Positions 1 to 11,313 of a DNA stretch of 64,000 nucleotides are shown piece after piece. The DNA is taken from NCBI GenBank assembly GCA_000934665.2, contig KZ538113.1, forward strand, positions 1 to 64,000. The letters are read 5' to 3'. The position numbers and the translations under genes are program-made. The notes under the pieces were generated by a model that saw nothing but the letters and a program-made list of their open reading frames with translations, was not told the DNA's origin and searched no databases. Source of the DNA: Catajapyx aquilonaris. Lineage: Eukaryota. Position 1 is the first letter of the stretch. Each line of letters begins with the position of its first letter.

Positions 1-757
1 CATCGGTCGCGTATGTTTCCCTGATTTTAGCCCTTCTTATTAACATTCCAATTCTAGACTCTCATTTGATTAGCAAGTCGCTTCATTTCCACCTTAATCT
101 ACGTCCCATATAACACGAGCTTCCTTGGCACAAGTTTCTCCCCATTAAGCCATAACGCGAATGTACTGATAATCCAAACTTCCCCCAGCATGTAGAGAGT
201 ATAACCCTCCATATCCGAGACGAAGCCAATAATTTATGTCCATAAATGCAGTAGGGGGAAAGAGATTGAAGGCCTCTGGGAAGGAGAAGGGGGGAGGGGG
301 GGGGGGGGAGAAAACTCGTGCAGAGATTTCCAAAACGTGTTATAGGGATGAAAGGGGGATAAGTTTTTATATGGCGGCCCCTAACTTGATTTATTCCTGG
401 CCAAGCATTTATTTACATGTCTCTTTTATTCCAGGCCTCGTTAAGACGTTGAGAGGAATATCAAGAGCTAAGGGTTTAACCTTACCCTTCACCGGACTTT
501 GGAGGGAGGCCCCCCTATGTTGTCAAAACACGGAAGCCATATTTGGGCCACATTGTTGGGAGGTCACTGATTCATATCATACAGAATTGGCTAGGTGTGA
601 CTTTGTCCAGACACGCGTTGACTCGTCACCTATGTAGTTACCATATTTACCACGTGGAGATAGGGAAGATATGCGCCATCTGGTTGTGGCATGTCGTACT
701 ACGGCCAAGTGAGGTCTGGGCGGTGTTGCCAAACTTTGGGTACACTACCGGTACTAC

Positions 758-1323
758 CATGGAGCATATAGGGCCGAATTCAGAGAGGTTGCTTAACGTA
801 AACGCGCCCGATTCAATCCTTTAGTCATCCTCGATTAGCAAATTTAAAAGTGCTAGCAAGTGCGATTAGGGGGTGTTTAGCGCTAATCGCCGTCTTTGTA
901 TTAGCAGGTTGATTCAATTTGCTAATCGAGGCTGACTAAAGGATTTAATCGGGCGCGTGTACGTTAAGCAATCTCTCTGAATTCGGCCCATACTACATAA
1001 GAGGCGCAAACATCCGATTTCCGCGTCTCTCTGTTTGTGGCCGTTGCTAAGGCTGGCGGCCATATTGAAGTGTGGGGAACGCCAACGAGGTATAAATAGG
1101 GTACAGGCAAAACTAGGGTCCGCCATCTTTGATGGTTTTGGCGGCCATGGCAACTACACGGCAAGAACACGCGCCAATCAAAGAGTTTTGCATGTACCCT
1201 ATTTATACCTCGTTGGCGTTCCCCACACTCCAAGATGGCCGCCAGCCTTGGAAACGTTCCCAAACAGAGAGACGCGGAAATCGAATGTTTGCGCCTCTTA
1301 TGTACGGTAGTATATGCTCCCTG
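758..1323. mobile_element. Palindromic MITE family A, copy 1 (hAT- or P-like; 7-8 bp target duplication)
   Basis: Ends CATGGAGCATATA...TATATGCTCCCTG with long internal inverted arms, flanked by (g)gtactac on both sides; highly similar to 10954-11313. Confidence 0.85.
771..989. mobile_element. Palindromic MITE (PIF/Harbinger/Tourist-like) inserted into the left terminus of family A copy 1
   Basis: TIRs GGGCCGAATTCAGAGAG...CTCTCTGAATTCGGCCC; 3-bp duplication ATA. Removing it restores gagcatatactacata as in copy 2. Confidence 0.85.
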
Positions 1324-2298
1324 GTACTACACTGTATTAGTTAGAAAATAAACAAACTGTTCGGGACATAAAAATTGTCAATTGTCGTCCTTTAATGGGA
1401 CACGAACCACCAATTAATTACCAGAAACCAGTAATTATCGTTATTGGCTTAATTGCCCGGTGGGGTTTTAGAAATTTGGGGGGGGGGGGGGGGNNNNNNG
1501 GGGGGGGGGGACGTTGCTCGTAAAAATATGTTAATTGGCACGGGGGGGACAGTATACAGGAGGGAGATGTCGTCAGATTATGACAACGTTTCCGCCTTTA
1601 ACGACATGCATTTGATGAAAGCCGTTTTACTTAACGTAGCATTGCGCATTATGTGGCCGTAAATCTCTTCACGCCTCGACACGAAGGGGACTTTGCGTGC
1701 TTCTTATTTGTTTTCTGGGGAAGAACAATTTAACAGGCGGTTTGTTGCAACTGGAGATTTTTTTGGGGGGGACTGCGGAAATGTCCGGATGGTTTTTTAA
1801 GAGAAAGTGTCTCTCACAGAACGGAGCGATGAAAATCGGACGCTGTTGGAATTTGTCATCCGTTTTTTTTCTTTCTTTCTTGTACCGCCGGTACATGGGA
1901 AAATATTACGTTTCACCACTTTGCCTCTACGCACCTTTCACACGCTGACATTGTACGAGAGTTATCGATATGTTACAGGCAAGAAAGTGACTCCGGCGGC
2001 GGCCTTTTTTAATCAGCAAACTTACGGTGTTATACATGGTGCCGCCGTCAAAGAGTTCCTAAGCTTGCTGGGATTTACCGGGGTTAATACTACAAGTGGT
2101 GTTTGCGGGTACTTGACATGAAACAGCCGAGCAAAAATTATTAGGACAGAGATTGCACTAAGTAGCTCAAGGAAGGTCCTTTTGTTTCGCAACAGGTTGA
2201 GTCTGTTTCTCTGTTTGTCCAGGGTGGTCAGTCCAAGGGAAAAAAAAACTGCACGAGATTTCTGGGATTTTGAGTTGCCAGACGCAAACGGAGCTCGA

Positions 2299-2545
2299 CA
2301 TATCCAAGTTGAATTAAAACATTTCCCATATGGCATCTGGACATTTCTCCAGGGTAAACATAAGGGGACGAGGTGAAATTTTGGAAGGAAAAAAAATCAA
2401 CACGGGCTTATAGTCTTTTCCAGGGATGCCTAGGTGCATGTAGTACCAATTGATATACGCCATACCCACGTTGAATTAAAAATTTCCCATCTGGCATCTG
2501 GACATTTCTTCAGGGTAAACATAGGGTACAAAGTGATTTGGAAAA
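2299..2545. repeat. Local direct duplication (two ~85-bp copies about 160 bp apart)
   Basis: gttgaattaaaa-atttcccat-tggcatctggacatttct-cagggtaaacata occurs at ~2308 and ~2470. Confidence 0.75.
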
Positions 2546-2570
2546 ATCCAGGGCTGCCTAAAGGTGCACG

Positions 2571-2640
2571 TAGTACCACTACCCCTCGCACGACCCTGAG
2601 AGCGGCAGTAATTCGCCATCTATGTGAGGGATATGGTACT
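2571..2640. mobile_element. ~70-bp mini inverted-repeat element, copy 1
   Basis: tagtaccactacccctc...gagggatatggtact; near copy at 47690-47760. Confidence 0.6.
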
Positions 2641-3254
2641 GCCATATCGTGTACACACGCTGTCCGTGACGTCAAAGCAACATCCATTCATACGTATATT
2701 TTATACACACACAAAAAAAGAACGATAAAAAAATAACTCTGCGGTCTGGACAAGAAGTCACGAGCAGACCATTTCGCCTCATTACCGAACATTGCAAATA
2801 CTCGGGGAAGAGCAAACTCGGACGTTGAAATTACATACCAGGCTAGTATATGTAGGCTGAGAAAACTTCGGTGGGGGAACATTACGGGTCTCTCGTTGCA
2901 ACCTTGACCGACATCTTTGCAATATATATATTTTTTTCTCTCTTCTTTACCATTTCATTTTTCCTTTTCAAGTACCCTCACCGACTCAACTGTGTCACTC
3001 CACTTTCCAACCCACCTAATCTCGATGCCTTCCATTTCAGAGTAATGGTCCTCTGATTAAATGAAAACGCCGACAGATATTAGGTCCACATGTCAAGGAC
3101 TCTCAACCAACACAATGGCCAGAATTTTTCAAACAATATGTTTATTTTTGCCAATTAATTCAGCATCAATTTGGGCGATTATTAATGCATTTATTGGCGT
3201 TATTTACCCAGACATACATAATGAATATGCGTATTATTTAGTGGCACACTTATT

Positions 3255-3790
3255 TACGCAAACGTATGCACGTACTTACGTAAACGTATACACGTACTAA
3301 TTTATAAGTATACGTAAACGTATACGCGTACTTACGTATAAGTCTAAGTAAACGTATTTTGCGTAAACGTACACGTATTTACATAAACGTACTTGCGTAT
3401 AAGTATACGTAAACGTACACGTATTTACATAAACGTACTTACGTATAAGTATACGTAAACGTACACGTATTTACATAAACGTACTTACGTATAAGTATAC
3501 GTAAACGTACACGTATTTACGTTAACATACTTGCGTATAAGTTTACGTAAACGTATTTTGAGTAAACGTACACGTATTTACATAAACGTACACGTATTTA
3601 CATAAACGTACACGTATTTACATAAACGTACACGTACATACATAAACGTATTTTGCGTAAGCGTTCACGTACATACATAAACGTATTTTACGTGTACGTA
3701 CACGTGCTTACGTAAACGTACACGTGCTTACGTATAAGTCGGCGTAAACTTATTATTTACGTGTACGTACACGTATACCATACTTACGGA
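3255..3790. repeat. ACGT-rich minisatellite (46-bp and 20-bp units)
   Basis: Unit gtaaacgtacacgtatttacataaacgtacttacgtataagtatac repeated, then ataaacgtacacgtatttac repeats. Confidence 0.9.
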
Positions 3791-4936
3791 AACGTAATAT
3801 TTGTGTTTGATTTATTTCATTATTTTTACTTATTTTATAGTTATACATGTACTAATGTATTTACTACTCTTTTATTTGTATGCAATTACTTGCCCCGTCG
3901 TTTACTCGTTGAATTATCAACTCCGGTGGCGTACTTGACACGGTAATATTGATATAACAGGGTCTAATTCAGCTAATTGTCACTTGCTTTCACCGACTCT
4001 GTTACGTGCACCTGTGACGAGTAAATCGCATGGAATTTTTGTCACCTCCTTTTAAAAAATCGGACCAACGACCTGCGGTGACAATGAAACGCGTGATGTC
4101 GCAACAACCTCACCACTTAATAGTACCCGCCATATCCGACTATAAAACTTGTACAATATCTTTCTTTCTTTCTTTTTAGCTAAGGGGGGGAAGGGCGGTT
4201 CCATCCTTTTTGGCGCAATTTTTATCCATGCGAAGGTCAGCAATTCACGACTTCTTTTTGGGGTCACACATGACCCCGGCCTATGACACGAACCGCACTC
4301 AAATTATTTATGAGTTTCTACTTTTGTAAGGGTCATTGTGAACATGCCCTGCAGAGGTGGGTGGGTGGGAGGTATAGTGGCGGGGGGGGGGATCTTAAGA
4401 AATGACAGCTAAGAGCAGACACTTGACCCCGATTTCCACTGTTAAGAAACGTTTAAGATAAATCGTTTGCCCAATCTTGAATCCACTCTCTTTAAAAACA
4501 AAAAAAGAAACGGCACATTCACCCGGTTTATTTATGAGATTTCGTGCCTATTCATAAATAGAATTGAATGTCAATTTTAATTATTAATGGACTGCCAGAG
4601 AGTATAGACTACGCCTCTTTTTTTTAAAAGACAAATGGTGCCGGCTATTTGTGCCGTTTCCTCAGGTCAAATAATTTTGGGAACGACACCTAAAAAAATT
4701 ACGGTATTTTTAAATGACATTTTTAAAAGGGCTGGTTTCCTGCTGTTGGGGGAAACGACCACCTATACACACACACTTACTTTCGAAACGAGCCGAGCGA
4801 TTAATTGATTCGTCTATGGAGACTCGATTCCAGGCCCAATTAGGAACAAAGCAAGGTTGCAAACTTGCTCAACAATGCGAGCCTAATGAATTCTGTGCTG
4901 AGTCAGGCGATGCTAATTTTGTGTTTTAAACTTTAC

Positions 4937-5128
4937 CTCTTTTTTTTGTTTACTGTGTAGTAACGTAGTGCATGGGCTCTCCAAACTACCGTTTTGCAAA
5001 GGAAGCAATGAGACTGACTAGTTGATTTTCGAACCGAGGTCGAGTTCGGGTCAAATGCAAAGAGGCGCGTCCAATGTACACTCCCATTTCCTTGTGACTG
5101 TTCGTCGAAGTCAAACGCCAAAAACTTC
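4937..5128 (-). other. Candidate internal exon of the leftward gene (coding status unknown)
   Basis: Acceptor caacttacag, donor GAG|GTAAAG; 192 nt with one frame open throughout. No recognisable protein. Confidence 0.25.
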
Positions 5129-5379
5129 CTGTAAGTTGAGGCACAGCGGGTAATGTTCTTTACATATGCATGTATTCGACAAATATTTAGAAATGGTTTG
5201 AAATGCTTTTGCAAGTACAGTATAAGCAATTCAATATATTGGTTGAAAATTGTAATTGATGTCGTATAATGTAACTTTTATTAATAATTGAATATGTATT
5301 ATTTAACTTGGGGAGTATTCCTGGAATAGGAGTCCTTAATAAGATCTTGTTTATACTGTCTTCTACGTGTAGGAACATT

Positions 5380-5930
5380 CTCTACAGCTATGAGCAACTT
5401 CTACGTCTACGATCATCCTCTACGTCTACGAGCGTCATCCACGTCTACGAGCGCCCTCTATGTCTACGAACATCCTGTACGTCTACGATCATCCTCTACG
5501 TCTACGAGCGTTCTCTACGTGTACGAATATCATATACGTCAACGAACAACCTCTACGTCTACCAGCATCCTGTACGTCTACGAGCATCCTGTACGTCTAA
5601 GATAATTCTCTACGTCTACGAACATCCTCTACGTCTACGTACAACCTCGACGTCTACCAGCATCCTGTACGTCTACGAGCATCCTGCACGTCTAAGATAA
5701 GTTCTCTGCATTTACGAACATCCTCTACGTCTACGTACAACCTCTACGTCTACCAGCATCCTGTACGTCTACGAGCATCCTGTACGTCTACGAGCATCCT
5801 GTACGTCTACGAACATCCCGTACGTCTACGAACATCCCGTACGTCTACGAGCATCCTGTACGTCTAAGATAAGTTCTCTGCATTTACGAGTATTCTCTAC
5901 GTCTACGAGTGTCCTCCTACTCCTACGACA
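5380..5930. repeat. 19-bp minisatellite (ctgtacgtctacgagcatc)
   Basis: Clear 19-bp periodicity, most homogeneous at 5755-5865. Confidence 0.92.
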
Positions 5931-6916
5931 TTATTTTACGGAGAACATCAGCTCAGCTCTACAGCACATTTTTCAGTCCAACAAAACGTAGCATAACGCA
6001 ACATAAGAATGGAAATCCCAGGTTTGTATCAATCTCACTGCAACTTCTTTTTCACACATCACGAATGAGAAAACAAAAAAAGGGGGGCCCTCACTGGGCA
6101 TCCACAAAACAATGCCCTGGCCAACAATTAATGGCCTGCCATGCGATAACACGTAACATGACGTAGCAATCCCAACCCGAGTGACCCTCAGTGTCACTTT
6201 CCTGAGAGTTGGCCATAACTTTTCCGCTCAGATTGCTACCGGAAACGTGCCTTTAAAAAAACCTCAGCTGGATTTTTTTTTTTTCAACCTCATTTTTGTC
6301 TGAAGAGAAGGATGGTTTCGGCCACTGATGGAAGCTCGTTTTCTTCTTCGTCTTCTTCCCCACCACCATGCTTACCCCTCCTTGGATTCCCCTTGACCTC
6401 CCAGATAGCGTCCCGGGAGGGTCACACACACCAGCCCCCCAAGGTGAGACTTCCCTTGATTCATTCCTTCTTCCCCAAAAATCGCTCTTTGAATGTTCCG
6501 CCTCAGAACCAGACAAAGAGAAACCTGAACCCTCCTCCCTCCATCTTCTCAACCTTTCATTTATTCACTCCTCTTTCTTTTTTTCTTTTTTCCTTTCCAG
6601 AAGACAAAATATACGCTCTCCTTTCTCGTAACACTCGTGCTTTTCCTTGTGTCAACTAGGCAGGACACGAGTGTTTGCCTAACAAAACGGGGCTTTGGAA
6701 CAACAATGCTGTCCTGTATGGGAAGTCTCAGTCACGATTTTTTTGTGGGGATCGTAGATTTATTCGCAGTCAAAGCCGCAAAAATAACCAAATATTTTTC
6801 AGAAAGAAAATGTTAATAACTGGTCAGGGTTTGTACGTATTGAGTAATAATAAAACAATGAAATAACCGCCAGTAAATTTGATCTGAGCAGACATCACAC
6901 ATTTAAATATTTATTT

Positions 6917-7236
6917 ACAGACCGTGAAAAGAACGGGCTCCGCTGCTAGTTAATTAATTAATTACTAGCAAACAAACTTTTCCGTATATAAGTATACTAT
7001 CTGTCACAAAAAAAGTTTTGGCCGAAAATGAACGGAAAACTGGGGCAAAAGTGGCCAAAACTTTTTGCGATATAGATTGTACATATGAATGGTTTTTTTT
7101 CCTCTTCATATGTATAAGGGAAAGTTTGTTTGTTTGATTATCCATGGCAACAACACTATAGCAATGATGGCATGATGTCAATAACTGTTGATTGCCATGG
7201 AAACAGGCCTTGCGAAGAACAGGCTCCGCTGCTAGT
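6917..7236 (+). mobile_element. Two Helitron-like 3' termini in tandem
   Basis: acagaccgtgaaaagaacgggctccgctgCTAGt (6917-6950) and acaggccttgcgaagaacaggctccgctgCTAGt (7203-7236): short hairpin, then CTAG followed by T. Confidence 0.5.
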
Positions 7237-8023
7237 AAGTAAGTAAATAAATAAATAATTCCCAACCTATAATATTAAAATCCTTCGTTGTTTGTATAAG
7301 CATTCTGATTGGTACGCCGCTTATTGCTGTTACCGCGACGCTTCCTATTGGCCCACGTCCTGCTCATGCGCAATGGAGCGGAGGCAGCGCCTCTAGTATA
7401 TGCAATGATTGCGCGAGTGCACGTTAAAGATCCCCAGAGTGGCCAAATTTCCAGGAGGAGGACCACCCCCTGGCGTCGGTGTTTAGCCTTAGCAGCAGAA
7501 ATACTAAAGTATAAGCAATGAAAGATTTTGGCGTCTCGGACCACAATTTTCTGCTCCTGGACATACAGAGGTAATTGGGTAACTTACTCTTGAAGTATAA
7601 CCGCCAAAGTAAATCAGGAGTAAGTTACCTATTAAGATGTCCAAATATTTCGAGGAATTCGGCTTAAACTTGGGCCAGAAGCTTCCCAGTGTTTCAATCA
7701 ATGGTTTTCTTTCCTCCGTTTGCAGCAATCGATCAACCCGTATCAAGCAGTGACAGGTGGAGATAAACAAGACACGAGAGTACGAGGAAGAGCTTGATCC
7801 GGCTTAATTAAACCTGACACACGTACAGTGCTCCTGGTCTAAACAACCCGGCTTTATCTACATCAGGTACGCAATAATTACGTCACGCGTACGTGCGTGT
7901 ATGTCCACAAGCACTTTCAGGTGACATATCGCTAGACAACTCTTTTTTCTTCCAACCCCCCCTCGAGTGCTTCATGTGTCAGGTGCAGACACTTAGTCAT
8001 AGCTGCTAATTTCGCGGCTGCTA

Positions 8024-8768
8024 CAACTTAATTAGCAGGTTAGAATTAGCGTCTTACCAATTAGCAAAAGAGTAGCTGCTAAAATTAGATACTAATTTTA
8101 GCTTTAGCTCGTGACTGTAACATATATTACTCTAAGCCAGTATGAAAATTTAGATAAATTGCAATGCAAAACGACATAAATGAATGTGAGATAAATCGAA
8201 TCAGTTAGGTCTACATACAAATTTAATACATTGGGTGAATAAATATAAATTATTTCATAGGGAAATACAGCGTAAAATAAAGTGAAACTAAATGCATAGG
8301 AGTACAGCGTAAAAAAATCAGACCATTAAATGAACATAAGTAAATTAAATAAGTAATAGAAATTAAATAAATATGAGTAAATAGAGTAAATAAATGAGTA
8401 AATATAGTAAATTAATGAAAATTAGTAGGGTAAATATAGTAAATTAATATTAACAGATATAGTCAAAAAATGAAAATTAGGGTAAATAAAGGAAAACTAG
8501 AGCAAATAAATGAGAAGATAAAATTAATTCACGAACAGGCAAAAAATAAAACGTGTAAATACTGTAACATTAAAAGTGTACGGCTTTATGCCAATAAATA
8601 AATGTAAACTAATTATGTATAAAAATAAATACAGGGATAAATAAATAATAACGTACGTATTAACAAAACAATTTAAATCTAAATTGCAGAAAAACAAATA
8701 AAATGGATTAAAACCATTTAATTTGGCTTATCTGGTAGTGCTGAGTAACCTGCTAATTAGTAGTTGCT
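8024..8768. repeat. A-rich low-complexity tract bounded by an inverted repeat
   Basis: taattagcaggtta (~8029) versus taacctgctaatta (~8746), enclosing agtaaataaat-type degenerate repeats. Confidence 0.45.
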
Positions 8769-9340
8769 AAATCTTCGTTAAGGGCCACACACATGTAACT
8801 GTAATGTAATTTAGCACTTTTCCTGTCAGTACTGGAAATCTGTACTCCATATTTTTTTTTGCTACAGTGCCATCTCTCCGCGGGCTACGAGCACGAAAAA
8901 GAAGTAAGAGAAGAAGAAGAAGAAAAAAAAAACTGGTAGAGGAAGTCTGGCACGTAGCTGTTGGGTATCCTTTCTCCAATTCCGGGATAATTACGGAGCC
9001 CAGTCTGGAGAGAAGATGCCTCCCCTCGTCTCTACCTCTACCCACCACCAAACCTTACCTAGGCTGCCTAACAAAAGTAAAACTCCGTTTAAAGAACCGC
9101 AGGGGTATAGTTTGGATGCACGTCTTACGAGTCACGGACACTGCGTGGACAGGAAGTGTATAGTTTTTAAAATACCTGGCACCTGAGCTTGATTGAGATT
9201 CAAGGCGATAAACCTTGGGGTCTAATTGGCTGTGGCTAAGCGTGGCCCCCCCTACATATTGGCGAGGCAGAGACTATCGCACGTGTTGTGAATTTGCAAC
9301 AATGGACAGAAGAGTGAAGTGCAGCAGCATTTTTTTTTAC

Positions 9341-9413
9341 CTTGATCTCCGTTAAAGTTGCTGGTAACGATGCCGTGTCCTCCGGCTGTCAACACTCATG
9401 TTCACACTCCATC
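9341..9413 (-). other. Candidate 5'UTR exon of the leftward gene
   Basis: Acceptor cttattgcag, donor AAG|GTAAAA; contains two short ATG-stop uORFs. Supported by splice signals only. Confidence 0.35.
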
Positions 9414-9469
9414 CTGCAATAAGTCATTCCTACATTAGGCACGGGAATCGAACCAAAGACTGGCTTAAA

Positions 9470-10040
9470 ATATATCGTAAATCAATCCTAAATTCAATTG
9501 AACGAAAATTCATTTACAATTGTTGTAAGTGGAGTTATTGATAACGACTTGTTAAATATTTTTTTCCGGACAACCGAGTTGTACTGTAAGTTCGGGTATT
9601 TCGCTCGCACGTACACTAAGTACACTCCATTGCTGCAGTACTTGCCTATTGTATCGTAAATCACATTAAATTCAATTGTAAGTGCAGAGGTTCATTTTGA
9701 AATCCCCTCCGGAAAAACGAGTACCGGTACTGCAAGTTCGGGTATGTCGCGCGCACACACTCACACTAAGTACTAGTACGTTAGTGTACCAACACATCGT
9801 ATGGCTTGAAATAATTATATTGTATCGTAAAATCATGAATTCAATTATTAGACGTTGAGGTGTTGATATCTGTTTGTTCATTTTGAGGAAAACAGTAATG
9901 AATGGAATTTTCATTCCACTGCTAGCTACTGCTAACTTAGAAGTACCATTGCCAACACTGGCACTGCTACAGTAACTATCAGCTATTCCACCGAATGTTT
10001 CGGACACTGCAAGTCCGGGTATTTCGCACACACATTGTTG
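9470..10040. repeat. Degenerate tandem duplication
   Basis: tatcgtaaa...aattcaatt occurs three times and actg.aagt.cgggtat.tcgc three times. Confidence 0.55.
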
Positions 10041-10180
10041 CAGTACACTTCCATAACAATGCACCTCAAGGTTACGACACAGGCTCGTCATGCATACCGA
10101 AGAAACGAAAAAAAAACCCGGACGTAACACCATAGATTAATTGTTCCTGGCGCAATTGCAGGCTAATTACCACACAGTAC

Positions 10181-10340
10181 CTGCCACGGTTCGGAGGAGC
10201 TCCTGTACAACACGACCTCCAGACAAGCCGAGAACTGACGGACTGAGAGAGGCTCTAGGGGGCTGGGGTTCTCCCTCTCTCTCTCCCTCCTCCTCTCCCC
10301 AACCCTCCAACCTCTCCTCCTCCTCTCTCGCTCGGCTGCT
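10181..10340 (-). promoter_or_regulatory. Inr+DPE core promoter and short non-coding first exon of an unidentified leftward gene
   Basis: Minus strand TCAGTC (10246-10241, A+1 = 10244) with GGTCGT (RGWYVT) at exactly +28..+33 (10217-10212), a second TCAGTT at 10238-10233, a GA-rich tract upstream, and donor CAG|GTACTG at 10180. Confidence 0.65.
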
Positions 10341-10953
10341 TCCAACCCAAAAAGACACAGACTCTTCTCTCGTCGAAACGTTGCCAACTTTGAAACCCAG
10401 GTAGATACAGGAAGTCGTCGAGCAATATTCCTATTTAGGCAGGTAAACAAGATGCAGCCCCACGACCTTCATTTTTAGGGTCAGCTTTCTTGTATAGGAC
10501 CAGATATGACTGTGTGGAGAGAAAACGCAGGATTGGGGCAGGTTTTTGGGGTGTTCAAAAGGTGCTGTTGAGACTGGCAATAATATTCAGTAACGTTTCT
10601 ATCGCAAATTGATGGGAGTGTGGTCGCACGGCATGGGCGCCGCCATGTTTGATCCGGATTTGGACACAGCTTCTAGGTGGCATTTTTGGAGCGAGAAAAG
10701 TTTGTCTGTATGTTCGGGCTGCCTAACTCACTTCCTGACTACTGAGCCTGCTAAAACTTGGCACACTGCTGATGTCTTACTCGCCTCTGATTGAAGGAAA
10801 AGTCAGAGAACTGCACTTTTTTTTTTTTTTTTTTTAAAAAAAAAGAAGTCTACACACCCAATAAATGCAACAGAATGTCTGGCTGCCATATGGAATCGTT
10901 TTATGTCAAGTACAAGCCAAGCTAACACTGTTCAACATTGTTGACACCTATGA

Positions 10954-11313
10954 CAGGGAGCATATACTACATAAAAGGCGGAAACTTCGGTCAGCGCCAT
11001 TGATTTCCGCGTCTCTCTGTTTGGGGCTGTTGCCAAGGCTGGCGGCCATTTTGAAGTGGGGGCAACGCCAACGAGGTATAAATAGGGTACAGGCAAAAAT
11101 AGGGTCCGCCATCTTTGATGGTTTTGGCGGCCATATGGCAACTACACGGCAAAAACACGCGCGAATCAAAGATGGCGGACCCTATTTTTGCCTGTACCCT
11201 ATTTATACCTCGTTGGCGGTGCCCCCACTTCAAAATGGCCGCCAGCCTTGGCAACGGCCCCAAACAGAGAGACGCGGAAATCGGATGTTTGCGCCCAATT
11301 ATGCTGCTCCCTA
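10954..11313. mobile_element. Palindromic MITE family A, copy 2
   Basis: CAGGGAGC...GCTCCCT(A) with near-perfect long inverted arms, flanked by (a)cctatga on both sides. Confidence 0.85.

Noticed and set aside
914..1344. ORFs with similar translations on both strands (also 10865-11390, 53563-53766, 54845-55204)
   Set aside because: They arise from palindromic MITEs; no transposase or other domain is present.
1478..1510. Long G/C runs with Ns (also ~23680-23702, 24524-24555, 27714-27753, 52266-52291) as G-quadruplex signals
   Set aside because: Run lengths are unreliable because they coincide with assembly gaps.
5308..5700. Repetitive ORFs (LYVYEHP / TSTS repeats)
   Set aside because: Translations of the 19-bp minisatellite, whose period is not a multiple of 3.
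9440..9460. tRNA B-box-like GGTTCGATTCCC (minus strand; similar GGTTCGAACCCC at ~44298 on plus)
   Set aside because: No A box or cloverleaf; at most decayed SINE fragments.
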